Below are positions 45,414-57,181 of a stretch of DNA of 64,000 nucleotides, piece after piece. The stretch is from Escherichia coli. Its GTDB lineage: Bacteria > Pseudomonadota > Gammaproteobacteria > Enterobacterales > Enterobacteriaceae. The position numbers and the translations under genes are program-made. The notes under the pieces were generated by a model, which was not told the origin of the DNA, made no database searches, and saw only the letters and a list, made by a program, of their open reading frames with translations. The first letter of the stretch is position 1. Every line of letters begins with the position of its first letter. Location of the stretch: NCBI RefSeq assembly GCF_046105845.1, contig NZ_CP151004.1; one strand, given 5' to 3'.

Positions 45414-46592
45414 CTACAACATGACCTCGCTATTTACATCGCGATACTCTTTTGGCGTCGTGTCATATGCTTTTTTAAAAACAGAGTAGAAATATTGCAG
45501 CGATGGATAACCGCACATTTGCGATATCTCATTGATCGACAAGGTGGTTGAAATCAGCAGACTGCGCGCTTTCTCCAACTTCTCGGCATGAATCATGGCA
45601 TGGATGGTTTCACCCACCTCTTCTTTAAAACGCTTCTCAAGATTGGAGCGCGAGATCCCGACCGCATCGAGTACCTGATCCACTTTAATCCCTTTACAGG
45701 CGTGATTACGAATGTAATGCATGGCCTGAATAACGGCGGGATCGGTCAGCGAGCGGTAATCTGTTGAGCGCCGTTCAATGACGCGAACTGGTGGGACCAA
45801 AATCCGCTGTAGCGGCATTTCTTCTTTATCTAATAATCGATGCAACAGTTTTGCCGCCTGATAGCCCATTTGCCGCGCGCCCTGAGCGACCGAAGAAAGG
45901 GCGACACGCGACAGATAGCGGGTCAGTTCTTCGTTATCGATGCCAATCACGCATAATTTTTCCGGTACGGGAATATGTAGATGTTCACATACTTGCAGAA
46001 TATGCCGCGCCCGGGCGTCAGTAACGGCAATAATCCCGGTTTGCGGTGGCAGCGTTTGTAGCCAGTCTGCCAGCCGATTTTGCGCGTGTTGCCAGTTCTC
46101 TGGCGCGGTTTCTAACCCCTGATAAACCACTCCGCGATACTTTTCTTCGGCGACAAGCTGACGAAATGCATATTCGCGTTCAGTGGCCCAACGTTTACCG
46201 CTTGATTCCGGAAGACCATAAAAAGCAAAGCGGTTAATGCCTTTCTCTTTTAAATGCAAAAATGCGCTTTCAACCAGCGCATAGTTATCGGTGGCAATGT
46301 AATGAACGGGTGGGTAACTTTCGGCAAGGTGATACGAGCCACCAACCCCAACAATGGGGACGTCGACATCAGCCAGCGCTTGCTCGATTTGTTTGTCGTC
46401 GAAGTCGGCAATGACGCCATCTCCTAACCAGTCCTTGATTTTATCAATGCGGGCGCGGAAATCTTCTTCAATGAAAATATCCCATTCCGATTGTGACGCC
46501 TGTAAATATTCCCCTACGCCTTCTACTACCTGCCGGTCATAGGCTTTATTGGCATTGAACAGTAATGTGATGCGGTGACGTTTAGTAAACAT
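45414..46592 (-). CDS. xylR: xylose operon activator (AraC family with periplasmic-binding-like domain)
   Basis: 392-aa ORF with C-terminal AraC HTH. Confidence 0.9.
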   Translation of the reverse strand: MFTKRHRITLLFNANKAYDRQVVEGVGEYLQASQSEWDIFIEEDFRARIDKIKDWLGDGVIADFDDKQIEQALADVDVPIVGVGGSYHLAESYPPVHYIATDNYALVESAFLHLKEKGINRFAFYGLPESSGKRWATEREYAFRQLVAEEKYRGVVYQGLETAPENWQHAQNRLADWLQTLPPQTGIIAVTDARARHILQVCEHLHIPVPEKLCVIGIDNEELTRYLSRVALSSVAQGARQMGYQAAKLLHRLLDKEEMPLQRILVPPVRVIERRSTDYRSLTDPAVIQAMHYIRNHACKGIKVDQVLDAVGISRSNLEKRFKEEVGETIHAMIHAEKLEKARSLLISTTLSINEISQMCGYPSLQYFYSVFKKAYDTTPKEYRDVNSEVML

Positions 46593-46669
46593 GGTTCTTT
46601 TCCTGCTGAATCATGCAAAAACTCAAAACCGGTAATACGTTACCGGCTTTGAGAAAATTTTTATCAAAA

Positions 46670-47851
46670 TCAAGAACGGCGTTTGGTTGCGGAGTCCATC
46701 CATACTGCCAGCAACAGAATCGCACCTTTAACGATATACTGCCAGAAGGTCGGTACATCCATCATACTCATGCCGTTATCCAGTGAAGCCATGATGAATG
46801 CCCCCATTACCGCTCCGGCCACGCTCCCGACGCCGCCTGCCAGACTGGTGCCGCCAATCACGCATGCTGCAATTGCGTCCAGCTCGGCGATATTCCCCGC
46901 AGAAGGTGAACCAGCGCCAAGTCGAGAACTGAGGATTAATCCGGCGATGGCTACCATTAATCCGTTAATTGCGAACACGGCAAGTTTGGTGCGTTCAACG
47001 TTAATCCCGGAGAGCCGTGCTGCTTCCAGATTGCCGCCGATGGCATAAATGCGTCGTCCAAATGCCGTCCGCGTTGCCATAAACATTCCGCCGAGTAACA
47101 GCAACGTCAGCAGCAGAACAGGAGTGGGAACGCCACGGTAATCGTTCAACAGCCAGATTGCGCCTAAGACGATAATCGCCGTTAATGCCTGGCGACCGAC
47201 AACTGCGGTAGAGGCCGGAGACTGCAAACCCAAAGCCTGACGGCGCATTCTTCCGCGCCATTGCCAGCCAACAAAAGCCATTAAGCCAAGCGCGCCAATG
47301 ATGAAGCCGGTGCTGGCGGGTAGATAGCTTTGCCCGATTTGTGACATCGTGGCGCTGGTGGGGGAAACAGTCGTGCCGTTGGTGATGCCAATGAGTATGC
47401 CGCGAAATGCCAACATGCCCGCGAGGGTGACAATAAATGAAGGGACTTTGCGGTAAGCGACCCACCATCCGTTCCAGGCACCGAGAAGCAGTCCCAGAAC
47501 CAAAGTCACAATGATGGTAAGTGGCAAAGGCCAGCCTAACCAAACGTCACAAATCGCCGCGACGCCACCTAATAGCCCCATCATTGAGCCGACGGAAAGG
47601 TCGATTTCAGCAGAAATTATGACGAACACCATTCCTACCGCGAGGATGCCGGTAATCGCGGTCTGGCGTAACAGGTTGGAGACGTTACGAGCGCTTAAGT
47701 AGGCACCATCGGTGGTCCAGGTAAAGAACAGCATGATTGCGATGATAGCTGCAATCATCACGAAGACCTGCAAATTCAGTGACTTCAGCCCGGAAAAGCC
47801 ACCGGATGTCGGTACGGCCAATTTCACTTCAGACGGATTGCTTTTCGACAT
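46670..47851 (-). CDS. xylH: xylose ABC transporter permease
   Basis: 393-aa polytopic membrane protein. Confidence 0.9.
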   Translation of the reverse strand: MSKSNPSEVKLAVPTSGGFSGLKSLNLQVFVMIAAIIAIMLFFTWTTDGAYLSARNVSNLLRQTAITGILAVGMVFVIISAEIDLSVGSMMGLLGGVAAICDVWLGWPLPLTIIVTLVLGLLLGAWNGWWVAYRKVPSFIVTLAGMLAFRGILIGITNGTTVSPTSATMSQIGQSYLPASTGFIIGALGLMAFVGWQWRGRMRRQALGLQSPASTAVVGRQALTAIIVLGAIWLLNDYRGVPTPVLLLTLLLLGGMFMATRTAFGRRIYAIGGNLEAARLSGINVERTKLAVFAINGLMVAIAGLILSSRLGAGSPSAGNIAELDAIAACVIGGTSLAGGVGSVAGAVMGAFIMASLDNGMSMMDVPTFWQYIVKGAILLLAVWMDSATKRRS

Positions 47852-49370
47852 GATGTTCGCTCCTCAATGCGGCTTCCATCACCTGCTCCTGAGTCAGGTT
47901 ATGATTTATCAGGTTGGCTTTTAGTTTCCCTTCATGCATCACCAGTACACGATCGCTAAGGCCGAGCACTTCAGGTAATTCGGAAGAGATGACAATAACG
48001 GCAATACCCTGCTGGACGAGTTGGTTAATTAATTTGTAGATCTCGTATTTCGCGCCAATATCGATACCCCTGGTAGGTTCATCAAGAATGAGAATGCGCG
48101 GGTTGAGTAACAGACAGCGAGCGAGGATCGCTTTTTGCTGATTGCCGCCGCTCAAACGTCCAATAGCAAGGTCGGGGGACGACGTTTTAACTTTGAGTTG
48201 CTGGATTGATTCCAGAATACATTTTTGCTCTGCCGCGTCATCAAGCTGGCTAATACCGCCGGTAAATTTATTGAGTGCGGCGAGGGTAATATTTTTACCA
48301 ACCGCCATTACCGGAACGATGCCGTCGCGCTTTCTGTCTTCGGGGACCATCGCAATCCCCTGGGCGATGGCTTGCTGACAGTTACGAATATCTACCTGTT
48401 TGCCATCAATATAAATTTTTCCTTCCCATTGTCCGGGCCACACGCCAAACAGGCACTGAATGGTCTCGGTACGTCCGGCACCAACGAGTCCGGCAATACC
48501 CAGTATTTCGCCACGTTTCAGGGAAAACGAGACATCATTAACTCGTTTAATATGACGATTAACCGGATGCCATGCCGTCAGATGTTCAATACGTAATATT
48601 TCATCTCCGGTGGTATGTGGTTCATTTGGGTAAAGCGCGGTTAACTCTCGCCCGACCATCATGGTGATAATATCGTCTTCACTCATTCCGGCAGCATCAC
48701 GCGTACCAATGTGCTGACCGTCGCGAATAACGCAAATCGTATCGGAAATCGCTTTGACTTCGTTGAGTTTGTGCGAAATATAAATACAGGCGATACCGTG
48801 CTGTTGTAGATCGCGAATAATATCCAGTAAAACCGACGTTTCCTGCTCAGTTAATGAGGCTGTCGGCTCATCGAGAATTAACAAACGCACCTGTTTATTA
48901 AGTGCCTTGGCAATTTCAACCAGTTGTTGTTGCCCAAGCCCTAAATCGCCAACGCGGGTATCGGGTGAAATAGATAAACTGACCTGTGCGAGCAGCTTCT
49001 GACAGCGTAGCGTCATCAGATCATAATCCATAATGCCATTATGGGTTATTTCGTTACCCAGGAAGATATTTTCCAGCACGGTCAATTCTTTCACCAGCGC
49101 CAATTCCTGGTGAATGATGGCGATACCTTTGCGTTCGGTATCGCGGATGTGACTCGCCTGAATCTCTTCTCCCGCAAAAATAATTTCGCCTTCGTAGGAG
49201 CCATGGGGATAAATACCACACAGCACTTTCATCAGCGTTGATTTACCAGACCCATTTTCCCCACAGAGTGAGACGATTTCGCCAGCATTCAACCGCAAGC
49301 TGACGTTATCAATCGCCTTCACACTGCCGAAGGTTTTGGTAATGTTCTTCATTTCAAGTAGATAAGGCAT
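47829..49370 (-). CDS. xylG: xylose ABC transporter ATP-binding protein
   Basis: 513 aa from [15 protein letters not shown]; two ABC domains with Walker [10 protein letters not shown] and GLVGAGRTE. Confidence 0.9.
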   Translation of the reverse strand: MPYLLEMKNITKTFGSVKAIDNVSLRLNAGEIVSLCGENGSGKSTLMKVLCGIYPHGSYEGEIIFAGEEIQASHIRDTERKGIAIIHQELALVKELTVLENIFLGNEITHNGIMDYDLMTLRCQKLLAQVSLSISPDTRVGDLGLGQQQLVEIAKALNKQVRLLILDEPTASLTEQETSVLLDIIRDLQQHGIACIYISHKLNEVKAISDTICVIRDGQHIGTRDAAGMSEDDIITMMVGRELTALYPNEPHTTGDEILRIEHLTAWHPVNRHIKRVNDVSFSLKRGEILGIAGLVGAGRTETIQCLFGVWPGQWEGKIYIDGKQVDIRNCQQAIAQGIAMVPEDRKRDGIVPVMAVGKNITLAALNKFTGGISQLDDAAEQKCILESIQQLKVKTSSPDLAIGRLSGGNQQKAILARCLLLNPRILILDEPTRGIDIGAKYEIYKLINQLVQQGIAVIVISSELPEVLGLSDRVLVMHEGKLKANLINHNLTQEQVMEAALRSEHHVEKQSV

Positions 49371-49447
49371 AACGACTCCACCTAAGCCAATTAATTCACG
49401 CGGCATGGAGAGAAATCACGCCCCCGCTCCTCGCCGGGGCGTAACGC

Positions 49448-50440
49448 TTACAGCTCGCTCTCTTTGTGGAATCCGTCTTTAACTACCGTATCTTTGATGT
49501 TGTTTTTATTCACATCGATCGGTGTCAGCAGGCGGGAGGGAACATCTTTCAGACCATTATTCAGAGTGGTATCTGCTTTTGGTTCCTGACCATTGCCCAA
49601 CTCAACGGCAATTTCTGCGGCAGTATTTGCCAACAATGTAATAGGTTTATACACCGTCATAGTTTGCGTACCGGCAGCAATACGTTTAATACCTGCGAGA
49701 TCCGCATCCTGGCCGGAAATTGCTACTTTCCCTGATAAACCTTGCGCGCTTAATGCCTGAATTGCCCCACCTGCGGTGGCATCGTTTGAGGCAACTACAG
49801 CATCAATTTTGTTATTATTGGCGGTTAGCGCGTTTTCCATAATTTTCAATGCGTTTTCCGGTAACCAGCCATCAACCCATTGGTCACCAACGACTTTAAT
49901 TTTTCCGGAATCAACGTAAGGTTTTAACACTTTCATTTGCCCGGCGCGGAACAGCTTGGCGTTGTTATCTACCGGCGAGCCGCCCATCAGGAAGTAATTA
50001 CCTTGCGGAACAATATCGACCAGGGCTTTTGCCTGCAGTTCACCGACTTTTTCGTTATCGAAAGAAATATAAAAATCGATATCCGCATCGTTAATCATAC
50101 GGTCGTAAGCTAATACTTTAATACCTTCTTGTTTGGCTTCTTTTACAACGTTACTTAATACCTGACCGTTATACGGAATAATGACAAGAACATCGACGCC
50201 CCGGTTAATCATGTTTTCAATCTGCGACATTTGTGTTTCTTCATTGCCATTTGCAGACTGTACAAATACTTTCGCGCCGAGAGATTCTGCCTTTTTCACA
50301 AAAATATCTCGATCTTTTTGCCAGCGTTCAAGACGGAGATCATCAATCGCCATACCTATTTTGACTTCTTTGGCGTGTGCAGCAACGTTGGTAAGCAGGA
50401 GTGAGGTGCAAAGGGTGAGTAGAATGTTCTTTATTTTCAT
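49448..50440 (-). CDS. xylF: D-xylose-binding periplasmic protein
   Basis: 330 aa from MKIKNILLTLCTSLLLTNVAAHA (signal peptide); the ORF track has a 5-prime extension. Confidence 0.9.
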   Translation of the reverse strand: MKIKNILLTLCTSLLLTNVAAHAKEVKIGMAIDDLRLERWQKDRDIFVKKAESLGAKVFVQSANGNEETQMSQIENMINRGVDVLVIIPYNGQVLSNVVKEAKQEGIKVLAYDRMINDADIDFYISFDNEKVGELQAKALVDIVPQGNYFLMGGSPVDNNAKLFRAGQMKVLKPYVDSGKIKVVGDQWVDGWLPENALKIMENALTANNNKIDAVVASNDATAGGAIQALSAQGLSGKVAISGQDADLAGIKRIAAGTQTMTVYKPITLLANTAAEIAVELGNGQEPKADTTLNNGLKDVPSRLLTPIDVNKNNIKDTVVKDGFHKESEL

Positions 50441-50805
50441 GGTGTAGGGCCTTCTGTAGTTAGAGGACAGCTTTAATAAGTAACAATCACCGCGATAAAC
50501 GTAACCAATTTTTAGCAACTAAACAGGGGAAAACAATTACAGATTTTTATCTTTCGATTACGATTTTTGGTTTATTTCTTGATTTATGACCGAGATCTTA
50601 CTTTTGTTGCGCAATTGTACTTATTGCATTTTTCTCTTCGAGGAATTACCCAGTTTCATCATTCCATTTTATTTTGCGAGCGAGCGCACACTTGTGAATT
50701 ATCTCAATAGCAGTGTGAAATAACATAATTGAGCAACTGAAAGGGAGTGCCCAATATTACGACATCATCCATCACCCGCGGCATTACCTGATTATGGAGT
50801 TCAAT
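50441..50805. promoter_or_regulatory. divergent xylFGH / xylAB control region
   Basis: Intergenic between divergent xylF and xylA; CRP-like half-sites around tgtgaattatctcaatagcagtgtgaaat; XylR and CRP binding here is established for E. coli. Confidence 0.6.
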
Positions 50806-52128
50806 ATGCAAGCCTATTTTGACCAGCTCGATCGCGTTCGTTATGAAGGCTCAAAATCCTCAAACCCGTTAGCATTCCGTCACTACAATCCCGACGAACT
50901 GGTGTTGGGCAAGCGTATGGAAGAGCACTTGCGATTTGCCGCCTGCTACTGGCACACCTTCTGCTGGAACGGGGCGGATATGTTTGGTGTGGGGGCGTTT
51001 AATCGTCCGTGGCAGCAGCCTGGTGAGGCACTGGCGTTGGCGAAGCGTAAAGCAGATGTCGCATTTGAGTTTTTCCACAAGTTACATGTGCCATTTTATT
51101 GCTTCCACGATGTGGATGTTTCCCCTGAGGGCGCGTCGTTAAAAGAGTACATCAATAATTTTGCGCAAATGGTTGATGTCCTGGCAGGTAAGCAAGAAGA
51201 GAGCGGCGTGAAGCTGCTGTGGGGAACCGCCAACTGCTTTACAAACCCTCGCTACGGCGCGGGTGCGGCGACGAACCCAGATCCTGAAGTCTTCAGCTGG
51301 GCGGCAACGCAAGTTGTTACAGCGATGGAAGCAACCCATAAATTGGGCGGTGAAAACTATGTCCTGTGGGGCGGTCGTGAAGGTTACGAAACGCTGTTAA
51401 ATACCGACTTGCGTCAGGAGCGTGAACAACTGGGCCGCTTTATGCAGATGGTGGTTGAGCATAAACATAAAATCGGTTTCCAGGGCACGTTGCTTATCGA
51501 ACCGAAACCGCAAGAACCGACCAAACATCAATATGATTACGATGCCGCGACGGTCTATGGCTTCCTGAAACAGTTTGGTCTGGAAAAAGAGATTAAACTG
51601 AACATTGAAGCTAACCACGCGACGCTGGCAGGTCACTCTTTCCATCATGAAATAGCCACCGCCATTGCGCTTGGCCTGTTCGGTTCTGTCGACGCTAACC
51701 GTGGCGATGCACAACTGGGCTGGGACACCGACCAGTTCCCGAACAGTGTGGAAGATAATGCGCTGGTGATGTATGAAATTCTCAAAGCAGGCGGTTTCAC
51801 CACCGGCGGTCTGAACTTCGATGCCAAAGTACGTCGTCAAAGTACTGATAAATATGATCTGTTTTACGGTCATATCGGCGCGATGGATACGATGGCGTTG
51901 GCGCTGAAAATTGCAGCACGCATGATTGAAGATGGCGAGCTGGATAAACGCATCGCGCAGCGTTATTCCGGCTGGAATAGCGAATTAGGCCAGCAAATCC
52001 TGAAAGGCCAAATGTCACTGGCAGATTTAGCCAAATATGCTCAGGAACACAATTTGTCTCCGGTGCATCAGAGTGGTCGCCAGGAGCAACTGGAAAATCT
52101 GGTAAACCATTATCTGTTCGACAAATAA
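50806..52128 (+). CDS. xylA: xylose isomerase
   Basis: 440 aa from [31 protein letters not shown]. Confidence 0.95.
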   Translation: MQAYFDQLDRVRYEGSKSSNPLAFRHYNPDELVLGKRMEEHLRFAACYWHTFCWNGADMFGVGAFNRPWQQPGEALALAKRKADVAFEFFHKLHVPFYCFHDVDVSPEGASLKEYINNFAQMVDVLAGKQEESGVKLLWGTANCFTNPRYGAGAATNPDPEVFSWAATQVVTAMEATHKLGGENYVLWGGREGYETLLNTDLRQEREQLGRFMQMVVEHKHKIGFQGTLLIEPKPQEPTKHQYDYDAATVYGFLKQFGLEKEIKLNIEANHATLAGHSFHHEIATAIALGLFGSVDANRGDAQLGWDTDQFPNSVEDNALVMYEILKAGGFTTGGLNFDAKVRRQSTDKYDLFYGHIGAMDTMALALKIAARMIEDGELDKRIAQRYSGWNSELGQQILKGQMSLADLAKYAQEHNLSPVHQSGRQEQLENLVNHYLFDK

Positions 52129-52199
52129 CGGCTAACTGTGCAGTCCGTTGGCCCGGTTATCGGTAGCGATACCGGGCATTTTTTTAAGGAACGATCGAT

Positions 52200-53654
52200 A
52201 TGTATATCGGGATAGATCTTGGCACCTCGGGCGTAAAAGTTATTTTGCTCAACGAGCAGGGCGAGGTGGTTGCTTCGCAAACGGAAAAGCTGACCGTTTC
52301 GCGCCCGCATCCACTCTGGTCGGAACAAGACCCGGAACAGTGGTGGCAGGCAACTGATCGCGCAATGAAAGCCCTGGGCGATCAGCATTCTCTGCAGGAC
52401 GTTAAAGCATTGGGTATTGCCGGCCAGATGCACGGTGCAACCTTACTGGATGCCCAGCAACGGTTATTACGCCCTGCCATTTTGTGGAACGACGGGCGCT
52501 GTGCGCAAGAGTGCACTTTGCTGGAAGCGCGAGTTCCGCAATCACGGGTGATTACCGGTAACCTGATGATGCCCGGATTTACTGCGCCTAAATTGCTATG
52601 GGTTCAGCGGCATGAGCCGGAGATATTCCGTCAAATCGACAAAGTATTATTACCGAAAGATTACTTGCGTCTGCGTATGACGGGGGAGTTTGCCAGCGAT
52701 ATGTCTGACGCAGCTGGCACCATGTGGCTGGATGTCGCAAAGCGTGACTGGAGTGACGACATGCTGCAGGCTTGCCACTTATCTCGTGACCAGATGCCCG
52801 CATTATACGAAGGCAGCGAAATTACTGGTGCTTTGCTACCTGAAGTTGCGAAAGCGTGGGGTATGGCGGCGGTGCCAGTTGTCGCAGGCGGTGGTGATAA
52901 TGCAGCTGGTGCGGTTGGTGTAGGAATGGTTGATGCTAATCAGGCAATGTTATCGCTGGGGACGTCGGGGGTCTATTTTGCTGTCAGCGAAGGGTTCTTA
53001 AGCAAGCCAGAAAGCGCCGTACACAGCTTTTGCCATGCGCTACCGCAGCGTTGGCATTTAATGTCTGTGATGCTGAGTGCAGCGTCGTGTCTGGATTGGG
53101 CTGCGAAATTAACGGGCCTGAACAATGTCCCAGCTTTAATCGCGGCTGCTCAACAGGCTGATGAAAGTGCCGAGCCAGTTTGGTTTCTGCCTTATCTTTC
53201 CGGCGAGCGTACACCACACAATAATCCCCAGGCGAAGGGGGTTTTCTTTGGTTTGACTCATCAACATGGCCCCAATGAACTGGCGCGAGCAGTGCTGGAA
53301 GGCGTGGGTTATGCGCTGGCAGATGGCATGGATGTCGTGCATGCCTGCGGCATTAAACCGCAAAGTGTTACGTTGATTGGTGGCGGGGCGCGTAGTGAGT
53401 ACTGGCGTCAGATGCTGGCGGATATCAGCGGTCAGCAACTCGATTACCGTACGGGGGGGGATGTGGGGCCAGCACTGGGCGCAGCAAGGCTGGCGCAGAT
53501 TGCGGCGAATCCAGAGAAATCGCTCATTGAGTTGTTGCCGCAGTTACCGTTAGAACAGTCGCATCTACCAGATGCGCAGCGTTATGCCGCTTATCAGCCA
53601 CGACGAGAAACGTTCCGTCGCCTCTATCAGCAACTTCTGCCATTAATGGCGTAA
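52200..53654 (+). CDS. xylB: xylulokinase
   Basis: 484-aa FGGY kinase MYIGIDLGTSGVKVILLNEQGEV. Confidence 0.95.
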   Translation: MYIGIDLGTSGVKVILLNEQGEVVASQTEKLTVSRPHPLWSEQDPEQWWQATDRAMKALGDQHSLQDVKALGIAGQMHGATLLDAQQRLLRPAILWNDGRCAQECTLLEARVPQSRVITGNLMMPGFTAPKLLWVQRHEPEIFRQIDKVLLPKDYLRLRMTGEFASDMSDAAGTMWLDVAKRDWSDDMLQACHLSRDQMPALYEGSEITGALLPEVAKAWGMAAVPVVAGGGDNAAGAVGVGMVDANQAMLSLGTSGVYFAVSEGFLSKPESAVHSFCHALPQRWHLMSVMLSAASCLDWAAKLTGLNNVPALIAAAQQADESAEPVWFLPYLSGERTPHNNPQAKGVFFGLTHQHGPNELARAVLEGVGYALADGMDVVHACGIKPQSVTLIGGGARSEYWRQMLADISGQQLDYRTGGDVGPALGAARLAQIAANPEKSLIELLPQLPLEQSHLPDAQRYAAYQPRRETFRRLYQQLLPLMA

Positions 53655-53822
53655 ACGTTATCCCCTGCCTGACCGGGTAGGGGATAATTCACATCTATAT
53701 ATCTCAGTAATTAATTAATATTTAGTATGAATTTATTCTGAAAATCATTTGTTAATGGCATTTTTCAGTTTTGTCTTTCGTTGGTTACTCGTAATGTATC
53801 GCTGGTAGATATGGAGATCGTT

Positions 53823-54164
53823 ATGAAAACCTCAAAGACTGTGGCAAAACTATTATTTGTTGTCGGGGCGCTGGTTTATCTGGTTGGGCTATGGATCTCA
53901 TGCCCATTGTTAAGTGGAAAAGGCTATTTTCTTGGCGTATTAATGACAGCAACTTTTGGCAACTATGCATATCTTCGCGCAGAAAAACTCGGGCAACTGG
54001 ATAATTTTTTTACCCATATCTGCCAGTTAGTTGCGTTAATCACTATCGGTCTCTTGTTTATCGGTGTTTTAAATGCACCTATCAATGCTTATGAAATGGT
54101 GATCTACCCCATCGCCTTTTTTGTCTGCTTGTTTGGTCAAATGCGTTTGTTTCGCCCGGCATGA
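53823..54164 (+). CDS. yiaB: YiaB inner-membrane protein
   Basis: 113 aa from MKTSKTVAKLLFVVGALVYL; paralogous to yiaA. Confidence 0.7.
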   Translation: MKTSKTVAKLLFVVGALVYLVGLWISCPLLSGKGYFLGVLMTATFGNYAYLRAEKLGQLDNFFTHICQLVALITIGLLFIGVLNAPINAYEMVIYPIAFFVCLFGQMRLFRPA

Positions 54165-54205
54165 GCAACATAAAGCTCTTACACATTCAGGAATGAAGGA
54201 ATACT

Positions 54206-54646
54206 GTGATGGACAACAAAATATCAACCTATTCACCGGCCTTTAGTATTGTGTCATGGATAGCTCTCGTTGGTGGTATCGTTACCTATCTGTTAGGGCT
54301 ATGGAATGCAGAGATGCAGTTAAATGAAAAAGGATATTATTTTGCCGTACTGGTATTAGGACTGTTTTCTGCTGCGTCTTATCAAAAGACCGTTCGGGAC
54401 AAGTATGAAGGCATACCGACCACTTCCATTTATTATATGACCTGCCTGACTGTCTTTATTATCTCTGTTGCATTACTGATGGTAGGTCTGTGGAATGCGA
54501 CATTATTACTCAGCGAGAAAGGTTTTTATGGACTAGCTTTCTTCTTAAGCTTGTTTGGTGCAGTAGCGGTGCAGAAGAATATTCGTGATGCCGGAATAAA
54601 CCCACCAAAAGAAACACAGGTTACCCAGGAAGAATACAGCGAATAA
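54206..54646 (+). CDS. yiaA: YiaA inner-membrane protein
   Basis: 146-aa hydrophobic protein with duplicated YiaAB-type two-TM module. Confidence 0.75.
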
Positions 54647-54687
54647 TTCACATAAGCCCGGTCAGTCCAATGTGACCGGGCCTTTAT

Positions 54688-55683
54688 TTAACTCACTAGT
54701 CTGTTTCTGTCGATTCGTTGTACCAGCATAGAAAGTAACAAACTCGCTGCCAACGTCGCGCAAAAGATCCAAATAATATCGAGTATTGGCCAGTTCTTAA
54801 GCTCAATCCCCCGGGTGCGCAGTGCATGGATAATCAAGGCGTGGAATCCGTATATACCCAACGAATGGCGGGAGATTAAGCCAAGTCCGCGAATGGTACG
54901 CGTATCCAGCGTGTTTTTAACCAGAGTCAATAGCGTGATTGCGCAGATAAAAACCATCGGCCCACAGTAAAGATACCAGGTATCGGCAAAATTTCCGCGC
55001 CACTGCAATTCATATAATGTCCCGCGAGAGATAATAAAAACCCCCGTCGCAAACAGTGCGGCGCACACCCACGACAGTGCTTTATGCTGTGTGTCCATCA
55101 TCCCTATAGCGCGGCCCAACATGCCATACAGGATGTAGTAAAAAGTATCGCCATTGATATATAAGTTAATTGGCAGCCATTCAAAACCGTCAATTTTCTG
55201 CGGCACTGTGTTTGGGTTAGCGATAATGCCAATCACCACCATTAGCACCAGCAACATTTTTCCGCCGACGTTCTTCACCTGAATCAGCGGTGAAACCAGA
55301 TAAATCACCGCAATCGCGAAGAAAAACCACAAGTGGTAAAACACTGGCTTTTGCAGCAGGTTTTTCAGCGCTAACTCCATATTGATGGAGGTAAACAGCG
55401 CAATGTAGAGCAGTGCGATTGCGCTATAAAAAAGCAGACATAAGCCGATACGCAAGAAATGGCGCGGCTGGGCGCTGCGTTCGCCAAAAAAGAGATAGCC
55501 GGAAATCATGAAAAATAGCGGCACGCTGACACGAGAGGCAGAATTCAGAACATTGGCGATATCCCATGTGACGGGGCTAACACTATGAGCATTGGTCACA
55601 TACCAGGTAGTGGTGTGAATCATCACCACCATTAAACACGCTATCCCTCGCAGGTTATCAATCCAGTAAATTTTGGGCTGCAT
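54688..55683 (-). CDS. wecH: O-acetyltransferase (acyltransferase-3 family)
   Basis: 331-aa polytopic acyltransferase-3 family protein; position matches wecH (yiaH). Confidence 0.8.
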   Translation of the reverse strand: MQPKIYWIDNLRGIACLMVVMIHTTTWYVTNAHSVSPVTWDIANVLNSASRVSVPLFFMISGYLFFGERSAQPRHFLRIGLCLLFYSAIALLYIALFTSINMELALKNLLQKPVFYHLWFFFAIAVIYLVSPLIQVKNVGGKMLLVLMVVIGIIANPNTVPQKIDGFEWLPINLYINGDTFYYILYGMLGRAIGMMDTQHKALSWVCAALFATGVFIISRGTLYELQWRGNFADTWYLYCGPMVFICAITLLTLVKNTLDTRTIRGLGLISRHSLGIYGFHALIIHALRTRGIELKNWPILDIIWIFCATLAASLLLSMLVQRIDRNRLVS

Positions 55684-55857
55684 CTGTGTCTCTGTATCTG
55701 GTTAAAAAAAGTCTGACCGATAAATCATTCGGTTGGCGCACTGGAATAATCTGAGTTTTATCACTACAGCTTATAGAGGCTTAAGGAAATTCGTAAGATA
55801 TCAGCCACTATACCGATATAAATAATAAGACTCACCTGCAAACCAGACGGTAATTTA

Positions 55858-56166
55858 ATGATGATGAACTCTTTCTTTCCGGCAATGGCGCTTATGGTGC
55901 TTATGGCGCTAGTGGGTTGTTCTACACCGCCACCCGTGCAGAAAGCACAACGGGTAAAGGTTGATCCTCTGCGTTCGTTGAATATGGAAGGGCTATGCAA
56001 AGATCAGGCGGCAAAACGCTATAATACAGGTGCGCAAAAAATCGACGTCACCGCATTTGAACAGTTCCAGGGGAGCTACGAAATGCGCGGTTATACCTTC
56101 CGTAAAGAGCAGTTTGTCTGTTCTTTTGACGCAGATGGCCATTTTTTGCATCTTTCCATGCGTTAA
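55858..56166 (+). CDS. ysaB: YsaB putative lipoprotein
   Basis: About 100 aa with signal peptide and lipobox LVGCS. Confidence 0.7.
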   Translation: MMMNSFFPAMALMVLMALVGCSTPPPVQKAQRVKVDPLRSLNMEGLCKDQAAKRYNTGAQKIDVTAFEQFQGSYEMRGYTFRKEQFVCSFDADGHFLHLSMR

Positions 56167-56260
56167 GCCCTGCTTTTTCCCGTTTCGTACTGTATATCTT
56201 CCATCCAGCGGGTATACTGATCCCTTCCTTTAAATCCACACGTATCCAGCACGAAATAAT

Positions 56261-57172
56261 ATGCAAAAGTTTGATACCAGGACCTTCCAGGGCTTGATCC
56301 TGACCTTACAGGATTACTGGGCTCGCCAGGGCTGCACCATTGTTCAACCATTGGACATGGAAGTCGGCGCGGGAACCTCTCACCCAATGACCTGTCTGCG
56401 CGCGCTGGGGCCAGAACCGATGGCGGCTGCTTATGTTCAGCCTTCTCGTCGCCCGACCGATGGTCGCTACGGCGAAAACCCCAACCGTTTACAGCACTAC
56501 TATCAGTTCCAGGTGGTCATTAAGCCATCTCCGGACAATATTCAGGAGCTGTACCTTGGTTCTCTGAAAGAGCTGGGCATGGATCCGACCATCCACGACA
56601 TCCGTTTCGTGGAAGATAACTGGGAAAACCCGACGCTGGGTGCCTGGGGGCTGGGCTGGGAAGTGTGGCTGAACGGCATGGAAGTGACGCAGTTCACTTA
56701 CTTCCAGCAGGTTGGTGGTCTGGAGTGTAAACCGGTTACCGGCGAGATCACCTACGGTCTGGAACGTCTGGCAATGTACATTCAGGGCGTAGACAGCGTT
56801 TACGACCTGGTCTGGAGCGACGGTCCGCTGGGTAAAACCACCTATGGCGACGTGTTCCATCAGAACGAAGTGGAGCAGTCCACTTACAACTTCGAATACG
56901 CGGATGTGGACTTCCTGTTCACCTGCTTCGAGCAGTACGAGAAAGAAGCGCAGCAGCTGCTGGCGCTGGAAAATCCGCTGCCGTTGCCAGCCTACGAGCG
57001 TATTCTGAAAGCCGCCCACAGCTTCAACCTGCTGGATGCGCGTAAAGCCATCTCCGTCACCGAGCGTCAGCGCTATATTCTGCGCATTCGCACCCTGACC
57101 AAAGCAGTGGCAGAAGCATACTACGCTTCCCGTGAAGCCCTCGGCTTCCCGATGTGCAACAAAGATAAGTAA
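56261..57172 (+). CDS. glyQ: glycine--tRNA ligase alpha subunit
   Basis: 303 aa [30 protein letters not shown]. Confidence 0.95.
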
Positions 57173-57181
57173 GAGGCGGCC